A DNA stretch of 63,307 nt, counting the filler, from Octopus bimaculoides (Eukaryota): NCBI RefSeq assembly GCF_001194135.2. It is 9 parts of 7 records of this genome, joined end to end, with 100 filler letters (N's around TTAATTAATTAA, not from the genome) between each part and the next. Parts side by side here need not be neighbours in the genome. Positions count along the whole stretch, not along the records: positions 24,315 to 26,301 come from NW_026315516.1; positions 26,402 to 30,824 come from NC_069004.1; positions 30,925 to 47,162 come from NC_068983.1; 6 more parts are not named here. The stretch is one strand, 5' to 3'. Each line of letters opens with the position of its first letter. The stretch's first letter is position 1. The position numbers and the translations under genes were made by a program. Below, piece by piece: positions 25,984 through 39,090 of the stretch. The notes under the pieces are model-generated. The model searched no databases. It saw nothing but the letters and a program-made list of their open reading frames with translations, and had not been told where the DNA came from.

Positions 25984-26190
25984 TACTACAAAAGGCATAA
26001 GGACTGATATTTATGGGGAGGGGTATAGCCGATTACATCGACCCCAGTTCTTGACTAGTCCTTATTTCATCGACCCCAAAAGGATGACGGGCAAAGGATG
26101 AATTTGAACTCAGAACGTAAAGACGAACAAAATGCCGCTAAGCATTTTACCCGGCATGCTAACGATTCTGCCAGCTCGCCGCCTTATAAT
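24985..26190 (-). mobile_element. Head-to-tail train of five SINE family B copies separated by (ATA)n
   Basis: GATGAAAGGCAAAGTCGAC...TTTGAACTCAGAACGTAA...CTGCCAGCTCGCCG-type blocks recur near 25100, 25340, 25575, 25810 and 26070. Confidence 0.85.
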
Positions 26191-26203
26191 AATAATAATG
26201 ATG

Positions 26204-26246
<43 letters not shown>

Positions 26247-26750
26247 TGATGACGATGATGATGATGCTATTAATAATAATAATAATGATAATAATAATAA
26301 TNNNNNNNNNNNNNNNNNNNNNNNNNNNNNNNNNNNNNNNNNNNNTTAATTAATTAANNNNNNNNNNNNNNNNNNNNNNNNNNNNNNNNNNNNNNNNNNN
26401 NCACCACCACCACCACCACCACCACCACCGTCACCATCACCACAATCACCACCACCCCCATCATATATTCTCTGTCTGTCCCGGCACCATCCTTAAGTGC
26501 ACCAGCACCACCACTACAAAAAGATAATGCCTTCGCATCACGTGCGTGATCTTTCAATGATTCAATGTAGTACATCTATTTGTCAATAGAGGGCGCCGAA
26601 TTAATTTTTGAAGAGAAATTTTGTCATTGTATGATCGGTGTTGTTGTTTGCTGTTGTTCAGCACCAAGACGACTCTTGGCCGAGTATTCCTCCATGTTAC
26701 AGGGAGACTGCGTGGAAACTCGTGGCGTGATTGTGTATATATATATATAC

Positions 26751-26829
<79 letters not shown>

Positions 26830-27319
26830 NNNNNNNNNNNNACGTGAAATCCTCTTTCTTTTCTTTCCTTTCCTGAGCATCCAATAACACTGTACTTATT
26901 CCACGTCCTCGCGAATAGGAAATAAAAAAATTACTGACCAAATACAAGAAAATTTGTGGTATTGAGTAGAATATTTGCTATAACGATATTTCTGCTTCAG
27001 CAACTCTGCTTTGAATCTGTCTGAAATGTAATGGAAAATAGGTGAGTTTCAAAACATTGATGTCCAGGTCAGAAATGTAAACTTTGAAGGGAATAGTAGT
27101 CATTTCCTTTGATTTCCAGATAGAAGCAAATAAGATGTAACACTTACTGCTGGCCAAAGAAAGAATAAAAGAATAAAAGTTTTGTTACACAGCGTTATCA
27201 AAAGTCAACTCGTTATCGCTCAGACATATTTACAAATGTAGATATATGAATCAACGCTAGTTTCAACTTGATTACCGAAGATGTTGGTGCTTGACTGAAT
27301 AGGATTAAGAAATATTGAT

Positions 27320-27545
27320 GGTTCTTTCTACTATAAACACAAGACTTGAAATTTAGGAGAGGGAGATAGTGGATTACATCGACTCCGGTACACAACTGGT
27401 ACTTATTTTATCGATCCGAAAAGGATGAATCGCTAGAAGGATGAATCGCTAGATGAATCGGTAGAATTTCAACTCAGAACGTAAAGAGAGATGAAATACC
27501 GCCAAGCATTTCGCCCGGCGTGTTAACGATTCTTCCTGGTCGCCA
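27320..27545 (-). mobile_element. SINE family B with internal tandem duplication
   Basis: Family B blocks; AAGGATGAATCGCTAG occurs twice in tandem. Confidence 0.75.
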
Positions 27546-28294
27546 ATGAGAACTAAAATGTCGCCTTCATTTTCTCTTTCTTTGTTGCCAAAGAATTTTT
27601 GTGCAAACGCAGAGAACTTTTGGTTAGAAACTGGTATTTCCAGCAAGTCGTACGACCACGTAAGAAGGCTTCTGATAAATATGCTTCAAGGCATATTATC
27701 AGAAAACTCTAGAGCGGCGGTGATGAAAAAACGGATGTAGTGTAAACTTCCGGTCGTTTTTTTGAGAGCTGCGTTAAACAGCATATGAAACCGGAAGTGC
27801 TAGATTGATTGATGTCTATTATCAATGAGACATACACGTGACGAAACCGTAAAAACGAAGCTCCTGTAATGAGATTTCAGACCGTTTTGTTTGCAGGAGG
27901 AGGAGGAGGAGGAGGAAAAGGAAGAAGTAGGAGGAAGAAGGTGGAAGATGACGTTTATTATTATCATTATTATCATTATTATTATTATTATAATTATTAT
28001 TATTACTATTATTATTATTATTATTATTATTAAACGAAGAAACAAATAGGGTAAAAAATCCACAGAATGACAAAAGAAAAGTGTGGTTAAATACACAACA
28101 ATGAAAACGTCAGAATAATTAAAATTGCTGAGATTGTATATGTGGATGTGTATGTGTATATGCGTGTTATATACGAGTATCTGTGTAGTATCTGTGTGGG
28201 CGTTAGCCTGTGTGTGCATTGTCCGTTTACAATGCTATGCATATTTCCATGTATAAGCATACACACATACATTCATATATATATATATGTGTGT

Positions 28295-28349
<55 letters not shown>

Positions 28350-28699
28350 ATGTATACGTATATATATACTTGTATATGTGTGTATGTGTTTATGAATTAA
28401 ATGTATTATCTTTTAGCCAATGGTTGATAACCCGATCCATGTTCTCATTTTCTAAGCAAAACAATGTGTGTGATTATATATAAAAAAAAGTCATGTGAAT
28501 GAGAATAATAATGTAAATTTTCGGATCACACACGCGCACGCACATACACATAGGAACATATATATATACATTCAACCACACAAATGAACATATATACACA
28601 CACAGGCATATACACAAACACATATATATAAGTATGTATGTATGTATGTATGTATGTATGGCTTTCTTATGTTTAAAATTAAAAATAAAAGATATACAT

Positions 28700-28805
28700 A
28701 CATGTGTGGCTCCTTGGACAAGTGCCTTCTGCTGTTGCTCCGGAAAGACTAAATCGTTGTGAATCGATTTGATAAACGGAAACTGAAAGAAGCCCGTCGT
28801 ATGTA
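28700..28805 (-). mobile_element. SINE family A fragment (minus); a further family A copy lies at 29460-29790 (plus)
   Basis: GAAACTGAAAGAAGCCCGTCG block here; CTTCCCAACCGCGTGGTTCCGGGTTCAGTCC head and CCCCAGCATGGCCGCAGTC end in the 29460 copy. Confidence 0.6.
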
Positions 28806-29579
28806 TGCAAATATACGTGCATATACACACATACACATGCACGCACACACACATGCACACAAACATGCACAGACACGTGCATATATACACAGGCAACACA
28901 CGTGCATACCCATCACATGCACACATGCACACACATGCATACCCATCACATGCACACATGCACACACATGCACATACACACATGCACACACACACATTCA
29001 CATGCACACACACACACATACTTATTATAGGCACACATCAACCAATTCGTTACACCTCCAACTGAAAGCGGAACGGTTCTTGTCTCTCTTCTACAGAATT
29101 TGCGAAGAACCTATTTCCAAGAAGACTTTCTGTCTGTCTGATATTTCTATTTATTTTGGCAATAAATTCGCTGTCATTTCTTTTACAAAAATCCAATGGT
29201 TATTCGATAAATTCTACAAAAAGCATAACACACTAATACAGACCATAATTTCTATGCTGCCAATCAAAAAATTATTCTTGGAAATACTCACACTGAGGTG
29301 AAACAGATGGGCTTAGTTGAAAATTTTCAAATGATGCAAGAATGGGATGCGGCTCAAAGAATTTACCATATTTATTTGATGGAGGAGCGTCGCGAAAAGA
29401 CATTCTCTCGGACTTGTACGTCAATGGACACTCTGAGATATGAGAGAAAATATTCTTGTTATGTGATAAGAAGCATGCTTCCCAACCGCGTGGTTCCGGG
29501 TTCAGTCCTGCGATTAAATTCTTTAAATACTCAGTGCTTTATTCATAGCTGACAGGCGTTTTCAATCCTACTTTTCCTT

Positions 29580-29622
<43 letters not shown>

Positions 29623-30066
29623 CGTGTGTCCTTCATCACCGCTTGATAACAGGTGTTGGTGTATTTACTGAGGGTCGATTCATTCCACGAAAACAATTCT
29701 TCAAGATGGTGCCCCAGCATGGCCGCAGTCTAATGAGTGAAAGAAATTTTTTAAAAATAGAACGTAAAATGATAGAGACAGAGTAAACCCACGCCTAAAT
29801 GTTCGCAAGAACAAGGTATGGGATACAAACTAAGGTACGCAATACTTCGAAATGTATCGCTACCTTATCTCTCTATTGAGAGAGAATTCGATTCTGGCTG
29901 ATTCTGGTTGTTATTCGATTCAGTTAGGATCGATGTCGCCAGCAGAGGAAACGTAACATCATACTTCGTGAAGTTTGGCGTACCCTTATCTTGTATCTGT
30001 AGAACAGGTTGTCATGAACAATCATACATGATTCTCTCTCTCTTTTCCTCTCTCTCTCCTTCCCTC

Positions 30067-30160
<94 letters not shown>

Positions 30161-30393
30161 TATATACATATATATATATATATGTATGTTTATATGTATA
30201 TNNNNNNNNNNNNNNNNNNNNNNNNNNNNNNNNNNNNNNNNNNNNNNNNNNNNNNNNNNNNNNNNNNNNNNNNNNNNNNNNNNNNNNNNNNNNNNNNNNN
30301 NNNNNNNNNNNNNNNNNNNNNNNNNNNNNNNNNNNNNNNNNNNNNNNNNNNNNNNNNNNNNNNNNNNNNNNNNNNNNNNNNNNNNNNNNNNAT

Positions 30394-30425
<32 letters not shown>

Positions 30426-30761
30426 ATACGTATTGTGTAAAACATGAAATTCAGCAAGACAATTCGCGTAAGCAATGTTATTCATGCCAGCTTTTATCTG
30501 TACATATGTATACACAATACGTGCACGTACATCCATATGTGCATGCATACATACATACACACATACATGCATACATACATACATACATACATACATACAT
30601 ACATACATACATACATACATACATACATACATACACGCATGCATAAAGTGCGACGGGCGGCATGATGCATGCATGGACATATAAATAAATATCAAGAAAG
30701 ACCGAAAGTTTACAAGAAGCAATAAAGTCAAACTTGGCTATTATAACAAAATATAATGCAT

Positions 30762-30824
<63 letters not shown>

Positions 30825-30924
30825 NNNNNNNNNNNNNNNNNNNNNNNNNNNNNNNNNNNNNNNNNNNNTTAATTAATTAANNNNNNNNNNNNNNNNNNNN
30901 NNNNNNNNNNNNNNNNNNNNNNNN

Positions 30925-30967
<43 letters not shown>

Positions 30968-31469
30968 GTGCAGGGTGCACCTATAACCAGCTGGCGGGAG
31001 ATCTGTCTGGGGTTCAACTAGTAGTAACATTGACCAGCCATATTGATGTGGCGATTAACTTTACTTCTTAGTATAGTGACAACTCTCATCTCTTATTGAA
31101 ATTTTACAATAATAATATATATCTTTAAAAATGAGCTAAGAGAAATAACTCAAAGTGGTCAGACAAATGCCACACAGCATGAATTTTTGATTTATTAAAA
31201 TAATCTCCGCTTCTGGAGGCTGTATTATAATTATCAAATGGCAATCATAACCAACTTCATTCGTGACAGAGGTAATTTCAAGATTGTAGTCATTCAAGAA
31301 TCCATAAATTAAAAAAAAAAAGATTCGTTTTATTGTTGACGGAGTATACAGTATTATAGATCAAAGTATATAGTATTATAGATGCATTGCATCAGTTACG
31401 CACCGGATGCTAAATGACTGGGTTGTTAGCTAAAGTGCATACTCTTTGTGGATGGCAGTTATGGAAAAA

Positions 31470-33146
31470 ATATAGCAGCCGCTCACTGTTATTGGAGGTG
31501 AGAAAGTATCAAATCCCATCGAAATAAAAAATATACTCTGCAACGTAGTACGTGAACTACCTGTCACTTTAGAAGAAATAAAAAAAAAATAAAGCAGAGA
31601 AGGATACGTCCATATTAGAAATTTAAAAAAATAGTGAAATGTGAAACAAATACAAAAACTCATGTAACCGAGCGTGACACAGTTTCGAAATGGTATTTGA
31701 TATGTGATGACGTACTTATGTACGCTCAGTGGGTTGTAATACCTGTTTTTTGTTTTTGTTTTTGTTTTTTTGCAAAACCGTATGTTAAAAGAATTCCATA
31801 TGGGATACCCAGGAATCGTGAGAATGAAAGTATTGATGAGAAGCTATGTTTACTGGTCGAATATGGATCAGGATATTCAAAAATTGGTGAAAGCCTGCAG
31901 GGGTTGTGCCCTGGCAACAAAGGCACCACGTGTAAAAATTCAACCTTGGCCCAACATTGACGTACCATGGTCAAGATTACACATAGACTTCGCTGGACCG
32001 TTAAATTGAGGGTATTATCTAATAGTCGCGAGTAGTTACACGAAATGGCCGGAAATATGTAAATGGAGGAAGCCAACCTCAAAAATAACGATGGAATTTC
32101 TGAACGAACTTTTTGCGCGATATAGCGTCCCATATATAGTGTCCGATAACGAAACATAGTTCACGTCAAAGGAATTAAAAACCTTTTGCAAAATGCATAC
32201 AATGGAGCATATTACTACTCCGCCTTACCATCCGAGATCGAATGGACTGGCAGAACATTTCGTAGACACGTTTAAAACGGCACTGAAAAAATTTAGAAAT
32301 GAACTACTAGCTGACGCAATTCTTAAGTGTTTACCGAATAACCCCAGCACCACATCAGATATGTCGCCGGCTGAACTAATGTTCGCCAGGAAAGTCAGTT
32401 CAGTGTTTGATAAATTACTACCGAGAAGAAAAGAAAAAATGGAGAGAAACACCAAAAATAAGATAAAATACTTCAAAATCGGTGACAAGTTTTTTTTTTA
32501 AATATACAGAAGCGGAAAGGAGAATTGGGAAGAAGGTATAATAAGTAAACGTTTAGAAAAAATAACGTACTTGGTAAAAGCTCATACGTGAGAACACAAG
32601 AGACACCTAAACCAACTGAAATAAAGGTTTACAGAAGAAAGAATAAGACATGAAGAGCCAATGGAATTTCTTTATGACATTTTTGACGTCCCGATATCTC
32701 AAGAAATAATCGAACCAACGAGTACAACAACTAGGAAAAGAAAGAAAACAGAACTTTTGAAAGTAGACCCAAAGCAAAAAAAAATATTCCAATTTCTTCC
32801 CGTGGAATTTTTAAAAAAGGTGGGAGAGAAGTGGTAATAAAGATAATAAAATAAAAATATTGACTTCCAACGAAAGTCAAACTCAAAAAGGGGAGATGTG
32901 GTGAAATTCTGACACTCCTGTAGAATAGCAAGCCAACTATCCTAAACCGTATAAAGACGCATGCGCACTGTCAGTGAAGACAGTGTGGTATGTGCAGACG
33001 CTTTGTGAAGACAGTCGTAGAAGTCATAAAGAGATGCTGTTTGTTACGTGTTGTTTTTCATTATAACCTTGTTATAAGTTCACGTTATAAAGTGGCATAT
33101 GCAATGAGTTCAAAGAAGGACATAATAGCGTCGACGAGATATAACA
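31470..33146 (+). mobile_element. Ty3/Gypsy LTR retrotransposon 3' part: integrase, PPT and 3' LTR
   Basis: LKEFHMGYPGIVRMK...CRGC (HHCC zinc region), WSRLHIDFAGPL, IVSDNET, PPYHPRSNGLAEHFV (DDE), with stops and frameshifts. PPT AAAAAGGGAGA, then LTR TGTGGTG...TATAACA (32896-33146). Confidence 0.9.
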
Positions 33147-33817
33147 TGTGTCTTAAGAGCTTTTCACAGAAAGTTTGCTTAGGTGGAAGAATACAATTGA
33201 TAATGAACATAATAGATAATTATCCATAATATTCACTATCAATTGTATTCGTCCACCTAAACAAACTTTCTGTGAAAATCTCTTAATCAATATTCGTGTT
33301 TCTTAATTGCCGAAAACCAGTATATTTAAATATCACATTTTGATTTTAAAAGCAAATTTGTTTCTGAATGTTACAATAGCTCTCAGCTACGTTTTGTTCT
33401 CTAAAAAGGTACGTGTCTATTTTTTCTATAAGCGTATAACAATGACTTACTTCATACTTCTCCACTTATCTTTTATCTTCAATTTTCTTAAATTGGATAC
33501 GCCTACTATTAAGTTGCAGAACTTTGGCGAGATTTGGCTGCTATTTCTACCACGTCTACCCACCATGTAGAGGTCTGAACTTAATTTTCATTCACATATT
33601 TGCATTTCAAAAATATAACATAACCTTTTCCATAAATCAACTATCGTAAAAATTTTCTACCATGACCTCACATTTTCTATGTATGTGTGTACCTTAAAAG
33701 ACGTGATTCGACAGAAGTCCAATAGAATAGTTCAGGAGTGACTTTGGATTTAATTATCCCTTACAGGTATTAAACTCCTCTAACTGATACCTATACTATA
33801 TATATATATATATATAT

Positions 33818-33986
33818 ACGACGGGCTCCTTTCAGTCTCCGTCTACTAAATCCACTCACAAGGCTTTAGTCGGCACGAGATTACAGTTCAAGACATTGGA
33901 CCAAGGTTCCGTACAGTGGCACTGAACTTGGATCCATGTGGCTGGGACGCAAGCTTCTTACCACGTAGCCACGCCTGCACCTATAT
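33818..33986 (-). mobile_element. SINE family A, 5' half
   Basis: Reverse complement GGCGTGGCTACGTGGTAAGAAGCTTGCG...GCCTTGTGAGTGGATTTAGTAGACGG. Confidence 0.8.
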
Positions 33987-35005
33987 GAGGGAAAAGAAAT
34001 AACATTTCATTAACAATTGAACTTCTTAGATGATTTTATTTGTCATTATGTGACTGATGCTGATGGTTATTTTTTCTATGCAGTGATGTAGCGTTTTCTC
34101 ATATCAAAAGCCTCCAAGTCCTACTATTAAATCTATTAAACATACCTCGACACACTTTTTTCTTCAAATAATCATTTGTTGCATATTTACACTGCACAAC
34201 TGAACGCTATTCAGTGTGCTTTACAAACCTGCAGAGTTTTGTTCTGGGTTTGTATTTTCTGTTGCATTAGCACTACTTACACATAATACGTATGCTTGCG
34301 TATTTGCGTTATTTTCTGCATGTTGCGTATATATTTATGCATTAGGTTTGGTTTTGTGTTTCAATGCATCTTATTTAATCATTTCAAAGGCAGATACTAT
34401 TATAGACATTTTTCACTGTTTTCAGACTACATTTGCATTGTGTCTTTTATTAATCTATCGTTTATACTTCCATAATTTCTTTAATAGTGTGTAGCCAAAG
34501 AGGTTTTTGGTAGTTTCTACGGGGAATGCTTTTATTCTGCACCACAATAAAATTCCTTCAGTTCCAGCTTCATTTTGTTTTCCTTTGTCCGGTGCTAATT
34601 GTAGTTGAATATTTGAGAAACGATTTGCTTATCCTCTCAGGCCAAGCCATCATCATTTTCTTCACGTACCACTTGAAAAATAAGGTATAGATAGAAAACA
34701 GGTGCTACTCTCCAATAAGATTAATAAAAAGTTAATGAGAATTTCGAAATTGGTGTAAATAAATGGGCTGACATTAACTATGCTGTTGAAGCTAGGCGAA
34801 CAAAACAAGAAAGCAGCATATGCATTTGGTGCGCCACAGTAATCTGAGGTTGTGTGCAGGTACTTGAATCACTCTATGTATCTTCCATTTTTAGGTATCC
34901 TTATTGTTATTCTGTATTATTATTGCCACTGTTGTTACTTGTTCATTAATGTACATTTATTTTTATTTCATTTTTGTTCATTTATTTTTTTATTTTCTCA
35001 TCTAA

Positions 35006-35225
35006 AGCGGAGAGCTGACAAGAATCATTAGCACACCCGGCAAAATACTTAGCGGTATTTCACCCGTCGCTACGTTCCGAGTTCAAATTCCGCCGAGGTC
35101 GACTTTGCTTTTCATTCTTTCAGGGTCGATAAAGTAAGTACCAGTGAAACACTGGGGTCAATGCTATCGACTAGTCCCCCACTAAAAAAAATTCAGGCCT
35201 TGTGCCTATAATCGAAAGGATTGTT
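35006..35225 (+). mobile_element. SINE family B (further 3' pieces at 35756-35895, 36753-36912, 52900-53105, 60766-60852)
   Basis: GTTCAAATTCCGCCGAGGTCGACTTTGC...GTCGATAAAGTAAGTACCAG block. Confidence 0.85.
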
Positions 35226-35227
35226 AT

Positions 35228-35750
35228 TGAGTGCATGCCATCAAAGTGACACTGGAGTAAAATATACGAAACCCAGTATACCCATTATGACTACTCGTCT
35301 CATAAGGGTACACCAAGCACATGCATCACAACCATATGTGCGTGACATGGTGATCTCATATCAAGATAAACAGCGCATGACGTTGCAGGTGAAGCCCAGT
35401 TAGAATTTTCTTCAGGTCGAGTTGCCCATCCCGTTCAAAAGGTCCCTGAATAAGGGTTGTTTAAGGATGGTGAATGAAACACCAATGTTTCCAGAGGTGA
35501 ATTATCCAAACTCCAAAGAATTCCTCTCACCACATGGCTATGATGCTCTCCCACTACTTCTGCTCATGATCAGAGATGCACATATGGTCAGCCACTAAGA
35601 GACATGCTCAACTGGTTAAGGACAAACAACTGACAGACAAATCTGTGGCACTGAGCGGAATATTTGCTGTAGTCCATTTTTTATATCAAGACGAAGCAAT
35701 ATACATGTTAACACTTCCAATTAGTTAAGATCAGAAGCCATGAGAGACAC
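35228..35750 (-). mobile_element. Unclassified retroposon family D; second copy at 36212-36425
   Basis: GTGCATGCCATCAAAGTGACACTGG...GAATTTTCTTCAGGTCGAG is shared by both copies; each abuts (TAT)n, i.e. a minus-strand (TAA)n tail. Confidence 0.65.
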
Positions 35751-35895
35751 CGTCTATTATTTGCCTTTCATCCTTTCGGGGTCGATGAAATAAAAGTACC
35801 AGTCAAGTGCTGGGATCAGTGAAATCGACTAGTCCCTTCCCACAAATTTCAGGCCTTGTGCCTACAGTAGAAAGGATTATTATTATTATTATTAT

Positions 35896-36148
35896 TAAAG
35901 AATAAAATGTTTTGAATGACACAACAATGCACTATTATACAAACAATGGACTATAATAACTGTTGTAATTTAATCATCCATAATCTGATATGATATTTCG
36001 GAATAAAAATTCCTAGGGATATTTGAAGAAGAAATTTTTATTCCGAAATACCATATTAGACTATGGATGATTAAATTACAACAGTTCTTATAGTTCATTG
36101 TTTTTATCATAGTGCATTGTTGTCTCATTCAAAACATTTTATTCTTTA
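35896..36148. repeat. Fold-back inverted repeat, 116-bp arms, 21-nt spacer
   Basis: Arms 35896-36011 and 36033-36148; 8 substitutions and no indels by manual alignment. Confidence 0.95.
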
Positions 36149-36931
36149 CAAACAATACACAATGCTTCAAGCGAACTACAATGCTCTCCTATTATTATTA
36201 TTACTAACTATTATTATTGAGTGAGAGAGCAGTGCATGCCATCAAAGTGACACTGGGGTAAAATATACGAAGCCCAATATACCCATCATGACTACCCGTC
36301 TGATAAGGGTACACCAGCCACATGCATCACAACTATATATACGCGACATGGTGATTTCATATCAAGATAAACAGCGCATGACCTCGCAGATAGGGCCCAG
36401 TTAGAATTTTCTTCAGGTCGAGTAGNNNNNNNNNNNNNNNNNNNNNNNNNNNNNNNNNNNNNNNNNNNNNNNNNNNNNNNNNNNNNNNNNNNNNNNNNNN
36501 NNNNNNNNNNNNNNNNNNNNNNNNNNNNNNNNNNNNNNNNNNNNNNNNNNNNNNNNNNNNNNNNNNNNNNNNNNNNNNNNNNNNNNNNNNNNNNNNNNNN
36601 NNNNNNNNNNNNNNNNNNNNNNNNNNNNNNNNNNNNNNNNNNNNNNNNNNNNNNNNNNNNNNNNNNNNNNNNNNNNNNNNNNNNNNNNNNNNNNNNNNNN
36701 NNNNNNNNNNNNNNNNNNNNNNNNNNNNNNNNNNNNNNNNNNNNNNNNNNNNGTCAGTCTTTATATTCTGAGTTGACTTTGCCTTTCATCCTTTCATCCT
36801 TTCATCCTTTCGGGGTCAATAAAATAAGTACCAGTCGAATACTGGGGTCGGTGTAATCGACTAGTCCCCTCTCCCAAAATTTCAGGCCTTGTGCCTATTG
36901 TAGAAAGGATAGTAGTAGTAGTAATAGCAGA

Positions 36932-37015
<84 letters not shown>

Positions 37016-37056
37016 TGTTGTTGTTGTTGTTGTTGTAATAGTTTAAAATGTCTTAC

Positions 37057-37374
37057 CTTCTCCTTTCATATGAAGATCAAAATAGCTTGGAAAATCTCCG
37101 TTGTATTGAAACGTATTAGCCTGTTTCAAATGCCTATAGTATGTAAGAAGTGTTGCTTTCGGATTGCGGTTCACGTAGATAATTTTGTGATTCTGCAACA
37201 ATTTCGGGGGAATAAGCACAAGAGGGAGATGTGAGCTTAAGACTCGAGGAGATTTAACAGCTTCAAGAGTTTCGACCGGTGCCATATCTAATATCACATC
37301 TTCTTTTATAGCGGGCGTTCTTTTACTGTTTCCTGCCAGTATCATATTAGTTATTTCATACATCCAATGTGCGC
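37057..37374 (-). CDS. Cytosolic sulfotransferase-like gene, second coding exon
   Basis: Acceptor ttttacattttag|GC and donor GAAG|gtaaga; 318 nt, phase 1 to phase 1, in frame with the first exon. Encodes (G)AHWMYEITNMIL...SPRVLSSHLP...KIIYVNRNPKATLLTYY...FDLHMKGE, matching SULT motifs (PRxxxxHLP, IYVxRNPK). Confidence 0.9.
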
Positions 37375-37861
37375 CTAAAATGTAAAATTTAGTCATTGAT
37401 ATAATAAAACAGTAAAATAGGAATTTCTGTCAAGAACTCTCTCATACTGTTACATCTGAATGTAGATTCTGCTGTTGCTACCAGAATAGAGAATGTATAA
37501 ATTATGTCACATATTAGTATATGTTACCTAATTTAAATGATTTGACATTATAAGATAATATAAATTTATAAAATTAATACATTGGTTATATTAAATCAAC
37601 AAAGGCGTAGATAATAGCAGAATCATTAGGACACCAAACGAATTCCATACAATATTTAGTTATGTTTGTTTATAAACTGTATTAACACTGGAGTCGATAA
37701 ATTAAGTGCTATTCAAGTATTGTAGTCAATTCAATCTGCTACATGCCACCAGTCTACTGTGCAACCTTATACCAATGTTAGACATCAATACTAAATCAAC
37801 ATGATAGCGGTTGATGAAGGCATAACACAATGCAAAAGTACGTGCTTTTATGACATGTCCC

Positions 37862-39090
37862 ATTGGCGCAGGCGTGGCTGTGTGGTAAGAAGATTGCTTC
37901 CCAACTGCATGGTTCGGGGTTCAGTCCCACCGCGTGAAACCTTGGACAAGTTTCTTCTACGATAGCCTCGGGTCGATGAAAGCCTTGTGAGTGGAATTCG
38001 TTAACGGAAACTGAAAGAAGCCCGTCGTATATATATGTGTGTGTGTGTGTGTGCGTGTGNNNNNNNNNNNNNNNNNNNNNNNNNNNNNNNNNNNNNNNNN
38101 NNNNNNNNNNNNNNNNNNNNNNNNNNNNNNNNNNNNNNNNNNNNNNNNNNNNNNNNNNNNNNNNNNNNNNNNNNNNNNNNNNNNNNNNNNNNNNNNNNNN
38201 NNNNNNNNNNNNNNNNNNNNNNNNNNNNNNNNNNNNNNNNNNNNNNNNNNNNNNNNNNNNNNNNNNNNNNNNNTATATATATATATATATATATATATTT
38301 CTAATATTTCTTGTGAAATACATTCACTGATTTCAAAAATAGAAATAATACATTTCTAAATAGTAGTAGTATTATTCCCTTCATGGGACTGTCACATTAA
38401 GTTGACAGCATACAACTACTTTATCGTATCACTACTGCATAAATCTCTTTGAGAGATTTAGAAATGTATTATTTATATATATATATATATATTACTCTTT
38501 TACACGTTTCACTCATTTGACTGCGGCCATGCTGCAGACCATCTTTAGTCGAAGAAATCGATTCCTGGACTTATACTTTGTAAGCCTAGTACTTATTCAA
38601 TCGCTTTCTTTTGCCGAACCGCTAGTTTACGGGGACATAGACACACCAGCATGGTTGTCAAGCGATGGTGGGTGGACAAACACAGACACAAAGGCATACA
38701 CATAAATATATATATACATACGACGAGCTTCTTTCAGTTTCTGTTTACCAAATCCACTGACAAGGCTTTGATCGAAGACACTTTGGTAAAAGAGACTTGC
38801 CGAAGGTACCACACAGTGAGACTAAACCCGGAACCATGTGGTTGGGAAGCAAGCTTCTTACCACACAGCCATGCCTGAACCTATATATATATATACACAC
38901 ATAGGTGCAAGAGTGGCTGTGTGGTAAGTAGCTTGCTTACCAACCACATGGTTCCTGGTTCCGGGATCAGTCCCACTGCGTAGCACCTTGGGCAAGTGTC
39001 TTCTAGTATAGCCTCGGGCCGACTAAAGGCAGTGCTCCAGCATGGCCGCAGTCAAATGACTGAAACAAGTAAAAGCGTAAAAGAGTAAAG
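37862..39090. mobile_element. Three SINE family A copies in the sulfotransferase intron: 37862-38060 (+), 38490-38882 (-), 38900-39090 (+, internally deleted)
   Basis: Shared GTGGCTGTGTGGTAAG...GGTTCAGTCCCAC head and body blocks in alternating orientation. Confidence 0.85.

Noticed and set aside
24985-26190. CRISPR-like repeat-spacer appearance
   Set aside because: Units are ~220-bp diverged SINEs in a eukaryotic context; no short identical repeats with unique spacers and no cas genes.
34560-34680. Acceptor-like ttatttttcaag| on the minus strand as sulfotransferase exon 3
   Set aside because: The required phase-1 frame stops after 11 codons and has no SULT motif.
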